DNA of 63,650 nt, counting the filler, from Octopus bimaculoides (lineage: Eukaryota), in NCBI RefSeq assembly GCF_001194135.2. It is 5 parts of 5 records of this genome, joined end to end, with 100 filler letters (N's around TTAATTAATTAA, not from the genome) between each part and the next. Parts side by side here need not be neighbours in the genome. Positions count along the whole stretch, not along the records: positions 33,485 to 61,771 come from NC_068981.1; 4 more parts are not named here. The stretch is one strand, 5' to 3'. A program made the translations under genes and the position numbers. The notes beneath the pieces were generated by a model, which worked only from the letters and a program-made list of their open reading frames with translations, was not told the DNA's origin and made no database searches. Below, in pieces: positions 37,310-51,754 of the stretch; within the stretch, counting starts at the first letter, position 1, and each line of letters opens with the position of its first letter.

Positions 37310-37720
37310 TTAGTTTTACAGCTGTTTCTGGGGTGTTACGGATATACATACATCAGAGACGATGTGTGATGGTTAAATAGAGGGAAATATTAGAGTTCAA
37401 TATAAGGAGTTATTTGGAAAAGGAAGGAAATAAGGAGTGTATAGGGAAATTGGAGAATGTATAGGAAATAAATATAAAAATAAAACTATATAAAGATGTT
37501 ATAGCTGCAGTTGCATTATCCAAGAAAGTTGGTGTGTATAATTGGTAGAAATTCTTCTTCTCCATTGTGTGTAAATTACAATAGGAGTTCATATTTTGTC
37601 ATCACAAATGGAAAGTGTAGAGACGTAGATTCTATGTGCTGGTCATTTAAATGGGTCTTGTGGCGTTAATGTAAATTTGAGAATGTAGTGGTAGTATCAA
37701 GTGGATAGAAAGGGGAGAAG
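37310..37720 (-). mobile_element. PLE 3' remnant (EN C-terminus-like + pLTR with hammerhead-like motif)
   Basis: NLH*RHKTHLN and YCNLHTMEKKNF resemble GIY-YIG C-terminal motifs. Minus strand GTCT-CTGATGT-A..CCCCA-GAAACAGCTGTA-AAAC at ~37313-37360. Confidence 0.5.
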
Positions 37721-38158
37721 AGATGTGTATGTTAAAATGAAGAGAGAGGTCAAAGGAAAAGATGATCAAATAAAAAAGAAAGAAGAAGGAAGAGGAAATG
37801 AAAACGAGAATAATAAGAGTGAAAGAAAGTGAGTGTTAGTTAGTGGTCAAGATTTTATGAGTGGGGATTGAGGAGAACTAGGAGAGGGGTAGGAAGGTAT
37901 AAGAATGTAAGGAATGAATATGTGTAAGTTGTGTGAAGTAGGGTGATATGTTAGAATGACTCTAAGGGTATACGAGTGGGTTTTCTAAGGTGAGTAGTGA
38001 ACCTCAAAACGGGAGGGAAGAGTACTAAGGATGGTCAAGTTTCTATAAATAGACTTATATGTTTATTCTACTGGCAAATGTGATAGTGGGGGGGGTGAGA
38101 AATGAGAGAGAATCAAAGAAGTGTATATCGACCCACGCACGCGCGCACACATATACAT

Positions 38159-38650
38159 ATGTGTGTATGTATGTATGTATATATATGTATTTATATACAT
38201 GTGTGTGTATTATGTATGTATTGTTCATCATTTCAATAAACAAAGTAGCTGCTTAAATAAATAGAAAAGTCATAGAGTTGTAAAAAAGCTAAATGGAATG
38301 GTGTATCATAATATCTTTACATGACATAGTAGCGTATATACACATGATTGTGGTTTGGATGAAGAATGTTTGCTTTCAGCCTCATAGCTTTTCTTGCTCA
38401 TGTAAAATAANNNNNNNNNNNNNNNNNNNNNNNNNNNNNATATATATGCACACACACGCGTAAATAAATGCATATACGCATACACGTAACCTTGGATAAT
38501 GGAACAACTATAACATCATTATATATTTTTATTTTTATTTTCATTTCTAAATTCATTCTCCGATTTCCCTATACACTCCTTCCTTTTCCAAATAATTTTA
38601 TGTATTGAAGTCTACGATTTCCCTCTATTTAATCATTCTGGATACCAATA

Positions 38651-38700
<50 letters not shown>

Positions 38701-38958
38701 GTATGTATGTGTGTATGTATGTATGTATATATATGTATTTATATACATGTGTGTGTATTATGTATGTATTGTTCATCATTTCAATAAACAAAGTAGCTGC
38801 TTAAATAAATAGAAAAGTCATAGAGTTGTAAAAAAGCTAAATGGAATGGTGTATCATAATATCTTTACATGACATAGTAGCGTATATACACATGATTGTG
38901 GTTTGGATGAAGAATGTTTGCTTTCAGCCTCATAGCTTTTCTTGCTCATGTAAAATAA
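38159..38958. repeat. Identical 252-bp direct duplication (38159-38410 and 38707-38958) around a small gap
   Basis: Base-for-base identity by eye; probably a contig-overlap artefact. Confidence 0.85.
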
Positions 38959-39569
38959 ACTGAAGAGAAGCCATGAACTTCGTAGATTATCTCATGCTAG
39001 AAGGTAAAAGCGAAATATAATACATAAATGATCGGTTGCAGCTAACCCCATCATCGTTCCATTTCAAAAGATCCCAGCTGGAAACGAGTGATCCTGTATA
39101 AACTAATAGTAACGAGGATAAACCCCGATAGATATACTGGAGTAATATAAAAATATAACTACATATATATCTTGTCCCACCACGCCGTTCTCTATAAAGA
39201 AGTGCAAAAGTATTCTCCATCCGTTTCAACGATGAGTATTACGGGTTTATATCAACTGAACTGCTTCATTGAATTGTTGTATAACTACATGATTATGTAG
39301 GAACACTAGCGCCTTTAACGTAATTCCCTGGTAAAGTCACCGTGACTCAATAGCAAATAAAGTATAATTTTCAGATCAGAGGTGCAGTTCATTCGACGCT
39401 CTTCCACAATACCGAAATTCACTCAAAAAGCTTAGGTGGACCAAATGCTTTGTTAAAAATAAATTTTCCAAGGTATCATGCAGAGGATCACAAATGATAT
39501 TACGAAGCTAACTTCTTAACGATTCGGTCATACCTGCGTCTATGTATATGTTTGTGTATGTTTATAGGC

Positions 39570-39612
<43 letters not shown>

Positions 39613-39951
39613 TATGAGTTTATGTGTTCATACACAAGGGTATATGTAAACAGAAACACATAATGATTTACAAAACTCTAATTTCTAGACATCTTCCCTA
39701 TAATTTTTAAAGAGCTTCCAGCAGTCCCTTGTATTCTATAACTTTATGGTAACATCACAGTTCTCAATTATATATTGCCTGTCATTACACCTGAAATATC
39801 GCCTAGAAGATAATACGTTTCAAGTGCCTACCTAATAAGGTAAAATTAACCCATAATTTTAATATAGTAATCAGTCCAGAGTTCATCGTGTTCAGCAATA
39901 ATAAATAGAGACGTACATACAATGATAATAAATACACTTACACTTTCTCTC

Positions 39952-40001
<50 letters not shown>

Positions 40002-40194
40002 NNNNNNNNNNNNNNNNNNNNNNNNNNNNNNNNNNNNNNNNNNNNNNNNNNNNNNNNNNNNNNNNNNNNNNNNNNNNNNNNNNNNNNNNNNNNNNNNNNN
40101 NNNNNNNNNNNNNNNNNNNNNNNNNNNNNNNNNNNNNNNNNNNNNNNNNNNNNNNNNNNNNNNNNNNNNNNNNNNNNNNNNNNNNNNNNNNNNN

Positions 40195-40244
<50 letters not shown>

Positions 40245-40879
40245 GACATGGCAAAATACCTAATTTATACCTGGAGTAGATCAGAAAGAATGCAATAAGA
40301 CTAAATTTTTCAAACATTATCGTGGTGTAGCCTAAAGCACTTTGTGTTTGGATCTATCTACTAATTGAAAGGGAAATAAATATTACATGCAAATTCAGAA
40401 ACGATGCAATATTTCAACCGCTAATTTCCCGCCTTATTCTATTTAACATATTCCAAAATATAAACTATGGACGAATTCATTAAGGTATAACGCGTTCCAT
40501 AATACCAGATCATTACCAAATACGGTATTTCTAAATTCATTATTTGAAGTAATCAGTCATCTTTTACATACTCACTCACAAATATTCACATAGGCGTATG
40601 TGTATCTGTCTTGCACATAAGAATGCCTGAACATGGTTATTGCTTTCTTTTCAGCTGAAAGGGTTCGAGATAGGAAGCAATGATATTTATGTTCTACATA
40701 TCTTATTTCAAACAGCTGCAGATATGTTACCTAAGTCCAATACACAACGTCTGCATTAAAAACATAACGTTTGAAATCAGCCGAGTAACAATACTTCTGG
40801 TTAATCTCACAATTTTTCTATTAAAAAAGTATTTAGCATTGAATAGCGCCAACAGCATAAGAATATTATTATTAATATA

Positions 40880-41041
<162 letters not shown>

Positions 41042-41044
41042 CTT

Positions 41045-42530
41045 GATCCACGTCGATAGTTGAGTGTGGATTCTTCCAAGTCCACCAATTACTACTCGTA
41101 TCACGTCCAATCTTCATTGCCCCGAGCCTACATATTTCCCACTTCTCATTGTTCACGTTTTCTTTTTCTTTCTCCTCCGTCGTTTTGTCACCAGGAAATG
41201 CTATTATCTAGCACGTATTTTCTTTTCTGTTCACCACAGCAATGTTATGTTTCCGATATCTAATCTGATGGTCACATTGCATCCAACATGATTTTGAAAA
41301 CTTCATTCTCAGCCTATAATAAAGAATGTGCCATAATGTTTCACCCATCTATCCAAACATTCTGCATCTGTTGCTCTGAGTAGTATTATCAATTCGTCAC
41401 TTCGCATACTTTGTCTTCGATGCTTCTTATTGCATATCAGTCCTTCTGTTTTTATAATCAGATCATTTCTCTGAATCCATGACCAACAATCTCCTGTATC
41501 TGTCTTGTTCTGTATCTGTCTTACCGTTAGGAAAATGACCGTACATTTTTTTCTCTTTCCATGCCATTCCTTGTTTCATGTGTGCTTTTCCACTTTCAAT
41601 TCCTCTTTCTCAACACAATTATCAATTTCGATTATGCCACACTTCTTCACGTGTATCAGCGACGGTTCTATGGTATTTTTTATACACTGTACTAAGCGGT
41701 TTTCCTCTACTTCAACACAATCCTAACAACTGATAAAGCCTCTCCCACTATTTCAACCTATCAGCGTCACTCTTGTGATGGGACGCTCCGTGCACTGCCA
41801 ATAGTTTCCGTGTCTTCGTATCATTACTCAACAGTTCCTTCTTTGCCAGTTTATCATTCCAGCACTATAACGAGGTGATGCTATCGCTTATGCGTTTACT
41901 TCTTGGATTTTTTTTTCCATCCAGTCAATTTTCAACGCAGCACTAATTTTACTCTTCGGAAACGTTCTTTCCGCAAATGTTCTTTCATTTCACTCATCAA
42001 ACTGTCGTATGCTTACGTATGTATAGTCTTCTGTTCAATTCGTTTCATCACTTCTCTATTTGGTTAATCTATTCCTGCTAAGGACTGTAGATTGCCTCTT
42101 TCCAGGCTCTTCATACCGCGCTTCCTGAGTTCAAATTCCATCTTAACATCAGCACTAAAGCGGTGGACCATATTCACCAAGGAACTTGCCATACATATTC
42201 AAATCATCCATGAAGAGGACATGGTTCATTCTTTGCGTTTTTCCATTTAATTAATATCCCAGGTTCACTCTCCTCAGTACCAATGTCAGAGTGGTCATGC
42301 AAAAGTACTAAAAGCAACGGAGATAAGCTACCTCCTTGGAAAATCATTCTCCTTATGTCCAGGGCGCGCAAAATGTGTACGTACGATGCCAAATCACTTT
42401 TGCAAAACGCCTTACTTCTGGAAACATTGCTACACATCTAAAGATTGAATAGCTACAAAAATCATCATTTTTGGAATTGCAAGAGTTCTCTGAAGGAGTC
42501 TTAAAACATGTTCAGTAAATAAGTGTCACC
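41045..42530 (-). mobile_element. R4/Dong-like LINE fragment, decayed
   Basis: Minus RRMIFQGGSLSPLLLVL, MNHVLFMDDLNMYGK; flanked by AAT/AAC microsatellites. Confidence 0.8.
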
Positions 42531-42682
42531 TTAGACTATTGGCTGTGAGCAGCTGACGCTTGCCTCGAAGGCAGCAAAATAAGCCGAGAGATTTTCATAA
42601 TAATAACAACAGCAACAACAATAACAACAACAACAACAACAACAACAACGATAACAACAACAACAATAATAACAACAACAAC

Positions 42683-42755
<73 letters not shown>

Positions 42756-42795
42756 GATCCAACTTGCACAAATGCAAAACAAAAGTCAAACATAA

Positions 42796-42827
<32 letters not shown>

Positions 42828-44215
42828 AAATTGTAATATGAAAACTGTAAAAGTTATCTTTGTAATGATATAGACAAACGTTTGAAGGAGGTTGGTATCG
42901 AATTTTCCTTAGAGCTTCTACAGAATATTTGTCTCTTAGGGAAAGGAAATATTATCAGAAATGTCTTGAGCAATTGCAAGATTATTGAAAGCTTTTGGAT
43001 ATCTAAGGTTACAAGTAGTAACCCGCAGTAACATGCTACCCACATAAATTCTACGGGGGAGAAGACCGAACCTGAGTCAGATTGAATAATTATTATAATA
43101 ATAGTGATAATACAGCTTTCTCTGATACAACTGTCATGCATGTTCGTATGATATTTATGAGAAGTCAAAATACTTAGATAAATCCAAATCAATAAAGCAT
43201 ATTCGGTAAATAAGTACCACCGCAGTCTGCTGTCTGTGGGCATCTGAAACTTGCATCAAAGCCAGCAAAATATTATGAAATATATTTCAAAATAAATGGT
43301 AACTGAAATCCCATCACGGTATTCAAATTACTATAATTAAACAAACAGAAAGGAGTGGCGAAAATACGTATGATTGATTGAATGTTCAAACGATGCTAAT
43401 TTGAGCATAGTTTGATCTTGAAATTCGTTGTAAATTGATTTACGTCTATAATGGCCGACAACATTTGTAAATGAAGATCCTATTGCAGAATGCAACAAAA
43501 TAACAATTCTACACTGGAGGTAAACATATACGAATACGGTTGAAATATTGCAAGATTTTAGACAGTGAAATACAACTATTTCAAATATGAGAGTACGTTT
43601 CTTTTATAGAGGCAAGCACTTTAAGCCAAACGTATTCAGTCATTGTAGAATATGACTGACACCAGACTATACCGTGACCGTGAACAGAAAATATTCTGAA
43701 TACAGACTCCATACTCAATGTCTCTTCTCGTTTCGAGTAGTTTATTGTACATTCCATAGCCTGACTGACACCCACTTAAATTTGTTACATGAAATAATTT
43801 TTATAAAGAAATTTGCAATGACTCGCATAAACATAAAGACACTTTCAAATATACCATTCATATTTTTACTTGCACCGGTGAATGAAATATCGTGACAGGT
43901 ACATACATACATACATACATACATACATACATGTTTTACTGCTCTTTGTTTTTCTTTGGTGCGCATTGCTATTGGAGCGGCCATGATTTCACTGTGAAGC
44001 CAGAAAGAGAAATAACTCAAACTTCGACCAGTTATACCAACTCTAAGCACGCATGACCAGACGGCAGTGTGACAGTAATAAAGATATGCTGTGGCGAAAG
44101 GGCTGATAATATTTGGCTACCCCTTGTATATGTGTATGCGTGTATGTATGCATATATATCTATATGGCTAATATAAATATATATGATATATATACATGTA
44201 TACATATATGTATAG

Positions 44216-44266
<51 letters not shown>

Positions 44267-47200
44267 ATATATATGTGCGTGTGTATGTGTGTGTGTGTGT
44301 TTGTGTGTGCGTGTGTATAACCTTATAGCAACTTTTGTATGCATTAGGTCTTACTTATAAACGTTCGAGTTAGTGTGCGTACCCATATGCATCGTTGTAT
44401 TTACAAGGGGAACCTGTCTAAAAGACAATCGTAGTGTTATTTGTTGTATTGATGTCACTGAACAATATTTAGTAAATATGAATTCTTAATCGAAATGAAT
44501 ATTAAGATATGAAGTATTGATAGCAAGGGATATATAATATGAATCGTTGCAAAACATTATATTGTCATATTTAATTACATCACTGATATTAAACATAATT
44601 ATTTGAAAATATATTCGCATGTCCTCAACAGAAATATACATCACATAGTATTCTTCAAATTCTTTGAAAATATATTTGCATGAAATTCTCCACAAAGCAT
44701 ACATTTCTTACCTGAGCATATAATAAACTTACACAAATATTCTTATTTGCAATTTATCTTAATCGAAACTATGCATATCAAAATGATACTAACATGCCTT
44801 TCATCACATAAACTTCAATATAGATATGTTTATTGTCATATATACACATTTACATGTTTATCTTACTTTTAACACATTATCTCATTCTTTTCATATATAA
44901 ATAAATGTATATAAGTTTGTGTGCATGAGTTAAAAAGAAAGTGTATGGGTGCGTATCGCTGCATGTGTGTGCGTGTGCGCGCGCGTTTGTGTATTGTACA
45001 TTATATTCGAGATTTTCCATTCCATTCACTCTCATTTACACGGAAATTAATCTGATAAGGAATTAATTTGTAATTTCTTATTGTACAATTTCCCTTTGGA
45101 TGCGTCGTTTTTAGTTGAATTTCAATGAGTCTGAAACTAAAGAGAGAATTTGAAAAATGTATAAATATTTACAATACTGTTCAAAATATATTGTAATATC
45201 CAAAATGATGTATTTTGTAGAAACATCAATGAATAATATCCATGTTCAATATTCAAGACGATAAAGTCATATAATATTTTCCCGATTTTAATTCTTTAAC
45301 TCAATCCTAACAATTATGTTTTGAAATTGTCATAGCTTATTTTGATACCATATATTCTGAAACATCTCTTGAAATAAAAATCTTTGAATATTAATATGAA
45401 TTAAATATCATAAGATTATTGTATATCAATCCAATAGCCCTGTGATACTTTAATCATCTAATTTCCAATACATGACAAATGGTAACCACAATCCCAACAA
45501 ATCTAGTCTCTTTGTATTCAATAACAAACCAGTAATCTTCACTGGTTAATTAGTTTTTACGATCGATTGATTTCATATGAAATAGCACGAATATATTGTT
45601 CTTAATTGCAATACCAAGTCATGAGGGAATTTCTGTCTCTCAACTGAGATAAACCACAAAATCTACAAATCCCTTAGATAATACCAGGAATTAGCTCCGA
45701 TATCTTTCGGTAGGAATTATAACTGAGAACACATATCTTATTAATTGAGGATTTAACGAAACTCTCTTGAAATATTCTAACCATAACGAATATTTCATCG
45801 CATTAGATTTGTGGAGTACTTAGTTAACATGTGTGAATGAAGAATATCTTCAGGTCATGAGTAATGTTAATACATCACTAAACCAAATTTATACAAACTT
45901 AATCTGCAAACGCTGTTGCGTTTTAATTTGAAATAATTCTTTATTGTGCACCATATCACGTTTTACGAACGGAATGTGAAATTAGTAGAAACTATTGCAA
46001 TTGGTCAGATTTTTCTGAATAGTTTCTCATCAAAATTATTACAAATTATAGTCACAATTCAACAAATGTGTTTCAGTATCTCCTTCTGACACCAAATATT
46101 AAATTTTATTAAAATGTCTTCCCCATAGCGCAGGTTACTGCAAAGAAAATCATTCACAGTAAATGTATCAATGGTTCAAAACTTGCCTTAACATAATTGG
46201 TTTAGAGATGATATCATTAAAACATTACGAAACGTTCTGTATATGTAAACATAGGTGGATGATGCCCCAGAATTACATGAAGAAATAAATTCAAATAAAA
46301 ATCAGAGTATTCACGAAACTAAACCCAAATGTTTTCCTTGATATCTTGCAATCTTCATTAGTTAGAGCATCATAGTTTCAGGCACCTCATCGTAATAACA
46401 CAGTGCATTAACAAATGCTGCAATCATATCATGTCATTAAGACCCTACTTAAAACTAAACGCGTATCAATTATAAGTCGAGAACTCAGTAGGTCTCCAAA
46501 TTATAATGACACAGTTAACAGTTAACCCGATGAAGGATAAATTCCTTTACACAACAAATGATGTAAGCATGTCATAAACAGTACACACGTTAAACACTAT
46601 GGTTCAAACACTCTTTAAGTCTCAATGTACGATATTATCCACCAGATAATTTTTTTGTCATTTTGACGAAAAACAAATTATTTACAGAATAACATTTTCC
46701 GTAAAATATATATCAGAAACAACACAAAATTCAGGCCGATTTGCAACCTTAATTAACCGAAAGAAATGAACCATAAAAGCATAAACTCTAAAACGTTGTT
46801 ATATATTTGATACCTATTTAAAACTGGAACCGCATAAATTCAACATATTGCCTTCCCGTCGATTTATGCCTCAAAAATATGTATTGTACAAAGATGATTT
46901 TTTTCATGAAAACCAATCAAATTTTATATCGATATAACAGAAAATATTTTCAGACCAAAATCTTTGTTAAAATGTCCACTGATTCCAAACGTAACCACTA
47001 ACGACATCATTTACCATCAGACACAACTCAAAATAAACACAAAATGTAAGCAACTCTATTTAACACCTGCAACTCAAACATTTTCTGATGTACATATTTT
47101 TCAACACCTAAAGCTGTCATCCAACTTCGCAACGCTCGTAGTCTGCATTCCATAGCAAATGTTATAGTAATAACAAGAAGCAGAAGTAAAAGAATAACAA

Positions 47201-48429
47201 TGATAACAAAACAGTAGTACGACTATTATCATTACCAATTTTAGTGTTTAGTTTTCTTTATCCAAATCTACCTTAATTCATGATACAAATGCACGATCAT
47301 CTACGGTTCTTCCTGCTGTTGGCGTCTCGAAACCACAGTATGTATTATCTGCCAACAATATTGAGTGTTCCTATGGCTAGTTATGTATATGGTGTCAAAA
47401 CTGATACAATGCGTAGTGAAACAACTAATGAGAGATGGATTTTTGCTAATTTCTTTTTAATATTTGTCATATACACTTATATATTTTGTACTAATTCCTT
47501 ACGTTCAAGATTGCCGACGAACAAAGACATAATTTCTGGCAAGTTTGTATTAATTTCATATACTTTTATGTGTGTATGGGTGTGTGAATGCAATGCATGT
47601 GCATAAACACATATATATCCACGTGCTCGTACAAGTGTTATTATGTGTGTCTAAGTACTTGAATATATATACTAAGAGATGTGTTTGTGCATGTAGATAG
47701 GCACAGAGAACACAAAAGCGATATATCCAAACACAATGTCAGCACTTAAATTTTTCTACAAAATTCAATATTCAGTTCATCACACCTCAGACATTATTTA
47801 ATTAAAAATCTTTAACGCAAACGCCTTAACAGTACAGAATTTGTTATTAAAGTACCGAGCGAGCAAAATGTACACTACTCCACAAACATATTTACACTTT
47901 TCCTGTGCTTTTTTGTTTTATTAACAATCTACTTAAATTCGACTAAAATTTTTTAACTGAAAATTGCTTCACACAAATATTCTACAGAAAGTTTTAGATG
48001 TTTTAAGATATATTTCAGAAATCAAAAAAAATTTCTTTACACATTTTCATAACGTCGATTTCGGAAACATCAAATTCTACAAAGTNNNNNNNNNNNNNNN
48101 NNNNNNNNNNNNNNNNNNNNNNNNNNNNNNNNNNNNNNNNNNNNNNNNNNNNNNNNNNNNNNNNNNNNNNNNNNNNNNNNNNNNNNNNNNNNNNNNNNNN
48201 NNNNNNNNNNNNNNNNNNNNNNNNNNNNNNNNNNNNNNNNNNNNNNNNNNNNNNNNNNNNNNNNNNNNNNNNNNNNNNNNNNNNNNNNNNNNNNNNNNNN
48301 NNNNNNNNNNNNNNNNNNNNNNNNNNNNNNNNNNNNNNNNNNNNNNNNNNNNNNNNNNNNNNNNTACATGTATATATACTTATATATATATGCCCGTGTG
48401 TCAGTGTATGTGTGTGCGCATATCTTTAC

Positions 48430-48482
<53 letters not shown>

Positions 48483-49966
48483 TGGATGTATGTATGTGTG
48501 TATGTACCTATGTATATATGTGTCTATGTACATTTATATGTGAAAAATTGATGTGTGAACAAGTACAGAAAATTTCATGTACGTAAATACTCCGAAACAA
48601 AGTTATTATATATTTGAATTATTTCATTCAAATACACAAACAACAGATGTAAGAAGATACAAATACGCAGTCATACGCTATATACACACACATTCACCAT
48701 ATACATACATTCACGTACACCACAGAAACTGCACACACACACACACTTATACATATATACATACAAACATGCACAAACACACACCATGTTCACGTGTACA
48801 ACATAAACAGCATATGCATTTACACAAACATACACACACACACATTTATATTCATATGCATCAGTGCATAGTCCAATCTTTGAAAAACTACTATGTTGAT
48901 TGTAAATATATATTGCAGATATTATTCCATGCCCAAAAATTGTATACAAACGTTTACAGTGCAAGAACCAATGTGACCGAGTACACCTGACTGAAATAGT
49001 GATTCTCTCATAACATATGTTTCTATACTTTTTTCTCTAGATATTTCCAATTACGTATATTTAATAACTAGAGATTTACTGGGAAGCTTAGAAACAATGT
49101 TTTTTGATTGTCGCTCGTAAACTTATTGTGAAGAGAAGCACTCAGACACGTAGGTCGTATATAAATATTAATATGTTTATGCATATGTATATGTATATAT
49201 ATATATATATATATNNNNNNNNNNNNNNNNNNNNNNNNNNNNNNNNNNNNNNNNNNNNNNNNNNNNNNNNNNNNNNNNNNNNNNNNNNNNNNNNNNNNNN
49301 NNNNNNNNNNNNNNNNNNNNNNNNNNNNNNNNNNNNNNNNNNNNNNNNNNNNNNNNNNNNNNNNNNNNNNNNNNNNNNNNNNNNNNNNNNNNNNNNNNNN
49401 NNNNNNNNNNNNNNNNNNNNNNNNNNNNNNNNNNNNNNNNNNNNNNNNNNNNATATATATGTGTGTGAATAACCTCAGCAATTTTTCCTCAAAATTCAAT
49501 CAGAATATGCTTATATGTATACGAAAGGATGTTTGTTTGTTTTTTATACGTGCGTTTATATATCCATGCATTAATTTACTAAACATAAATTTGTGCAGAT
49601 GCAGATATATATGTATATATATGTACAATACATATGTGTATGTATATATAGGTGTATAGCTGTGTATGTGAAAGTTGGTGTGTATATAATTGCGGGGATG
49701 TATGCATATTAAAATTTCATTTTATAATTGTAAACATATTTACAGCGCATATAGTTGCGCCCACATTCACGATCACACATTACATCTTCGTATTCTCTAT
49801 TTGTGTATATCATTATATATAAGCTGGAATAAATACTAAAAGCTAGTATACTTGCATAGGATGAATATCTACAAACACATATACGTGTTCGCAATTTCCA
49901 CATGGACCTTTTTGCCTAAACTGTAGCATTATTTATTCATGTATTTATTTGTTCAGGAAGATAGTG

Positions 49967-50012
<46 letters not shown>

Positions 50013-50283
50013 CTAGTTAGTTAGTAATTAAAATATGTATTTATTTATTTACTTCTTTATCTTGAAAGCTTTCGTCCAATCTTTCTTACTATCCTCTATT
50101 CTAAGAAAGGACCGCTTCAGAATACACATAGTAGTTAACACTACCGAATTTTCAGCACGTCACAATGTTAATGTTTATCATGAACTTACATTGTCGACAT
50201 CAGCTGTGCATATATGTGTGTGTGTGTGCGTGTGCGAGCGTACGTGAGCATGTATGTATGTATATTTGTGTATGCATATATAC

Positions 50284-50324
<41 letters not shown>

Positions 50325-51242
50325 ATACATATGTGTACATAATAAAAGGGTAAAATTAATTAATTAAACAATTAATTAATTAATAATTTATAATTTTACC
50401 AAGTAGTTCGGTACGTTACAATAGCCTTTTTAGGTAAAATTATACAAATATTCTATAATTACAAACACAATTATAATCAGGAGTCAGCTAATTGCTGCGG
50501 CATGCACCGAATTTTGAAATAGGAATTAAATGTATTTANNNNNNNNNNNNNNNNNNNNNNNNNNNNNNNNNNNNNNNNNNNNNNNNNNNNNNNNNNNNNN
50601 NNNNNNNNNNNNNNNNNNNNNNNNNNNNNNNNNNNNNNNNNNNNNNNNNNNNNNNNNNNNNNNNNNNNNNNNNNNNNNNNNNNNNNNNNNNNNNNNNNNN
50701 NNNNNNNNNNNNNNNNNNNNNNNNNNNNNNNNNNNNNNNNNNNNNNNNNNNNNNNNNNNNNNNNNNNNNNNNNNNNNNNNNNNNNNNNNNNNNNNNNNNN
50801 NNNNNNNNNNNNNNNNNNNNNNNNNNNNNNNNNNNNNNNNNNNNNNNNNNNNNNNNNNNNNNNNNNNNNNNNNNNNNNNNNNNNNNNNNNNNNNNNNNNN
50901 NNNNNNNNNNNNNNNNNNNNNNNNNNNNNNNNNNNNNNNNNNNNNNNNNNNNNNNNNNNNNNNNNNNNNNNNNNNNNNNNNNNNNNNNNNNNNNNNNNNN
51001 NNNNNNNNNNNNNNNNTACGTGTGTGTGTATGTGTGTGTGTGTGTGTATGTGTGTGTGTGTGTATGTGTGTGTGTGTGTGTGAAGTATTATTACGGCTAA
51101 AACAGTAATAAAGAGGTGGCTAGCAAGACTTCTACCTATACAGGTATAATATAAAATATATAAAGAGAAGAAGGGTAAAGATACCGCTCGCTAAAGATCA
51201 AAGCGACAGCTTCAAAAAACCACCAATTCTTCGATATATAAG

Positions 51243-51615
51243 CGTAGGCGTGGCTGTGTGGTATGAAGCTTGCTTCCCAACAGCATGGTTCCAGGTTTCA
51301 GTCTCAATGCATGGCACTTTGGTCAAGTGGCTTCTAATATAGCCTCGGGTCGACCAAAGCCTTGTGAAGGGACTTGATAGACGGAAAGTGAAATATATCC
51401 GTCGTACATGAATATATATGTATGTATATATTTGTGTGTTTGTCCTCCCACCATCGTTTGACAACCGATGCTGGTGTGTTAACGTCCCCCATAACTTGGT
51501 GGTTTAGCAGGTGGGATGATAAAATAAGTACTTGGCTTACAAAGGATAAGACTTGCAGTCGATTTGTTCGACTAAAGGCAGTTCTCCAGCATGGCCGCTG
51601 TCAAATTACTGAAAT
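51243..51615 (+). mobile_element. SINE family B
   Basis: Head, core and tail align with 28557-28946. Confidence 0.85.
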
Positions 51616-51723
51616 TGTAGCAGACTATGTATTAGAGAGTGTTTTCACCTTTCACATATATATGTACGTGTGCGCGTGCTTGTGCGTGAGAGTATGTGTG
51701 TGTTCTTGTTTGTTTGTGAGTGT

Positions 51724-51754
<31 letters not shown>

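Noticed and set aside
38159-38958. Biological tandem duplication
   Set aside because: Identical copies flank a 29-N gap, typical of unmerged contig overlap. The same pattern occurs at 22067/22149 and 52120/52276.
49740-49810. Small Cys-rich exon (EYEDVMCDRECGRNYMRCKY, minus)
   Set aside because: Weak splice sites, no recognisable domain and no neighbouring exons.
49966-50025. Telomeric repeat
   Set aside because: The unit is (GTTA)n, not TTAGGG or TTAGG; an ordinary tetranucleotide microsatellite.
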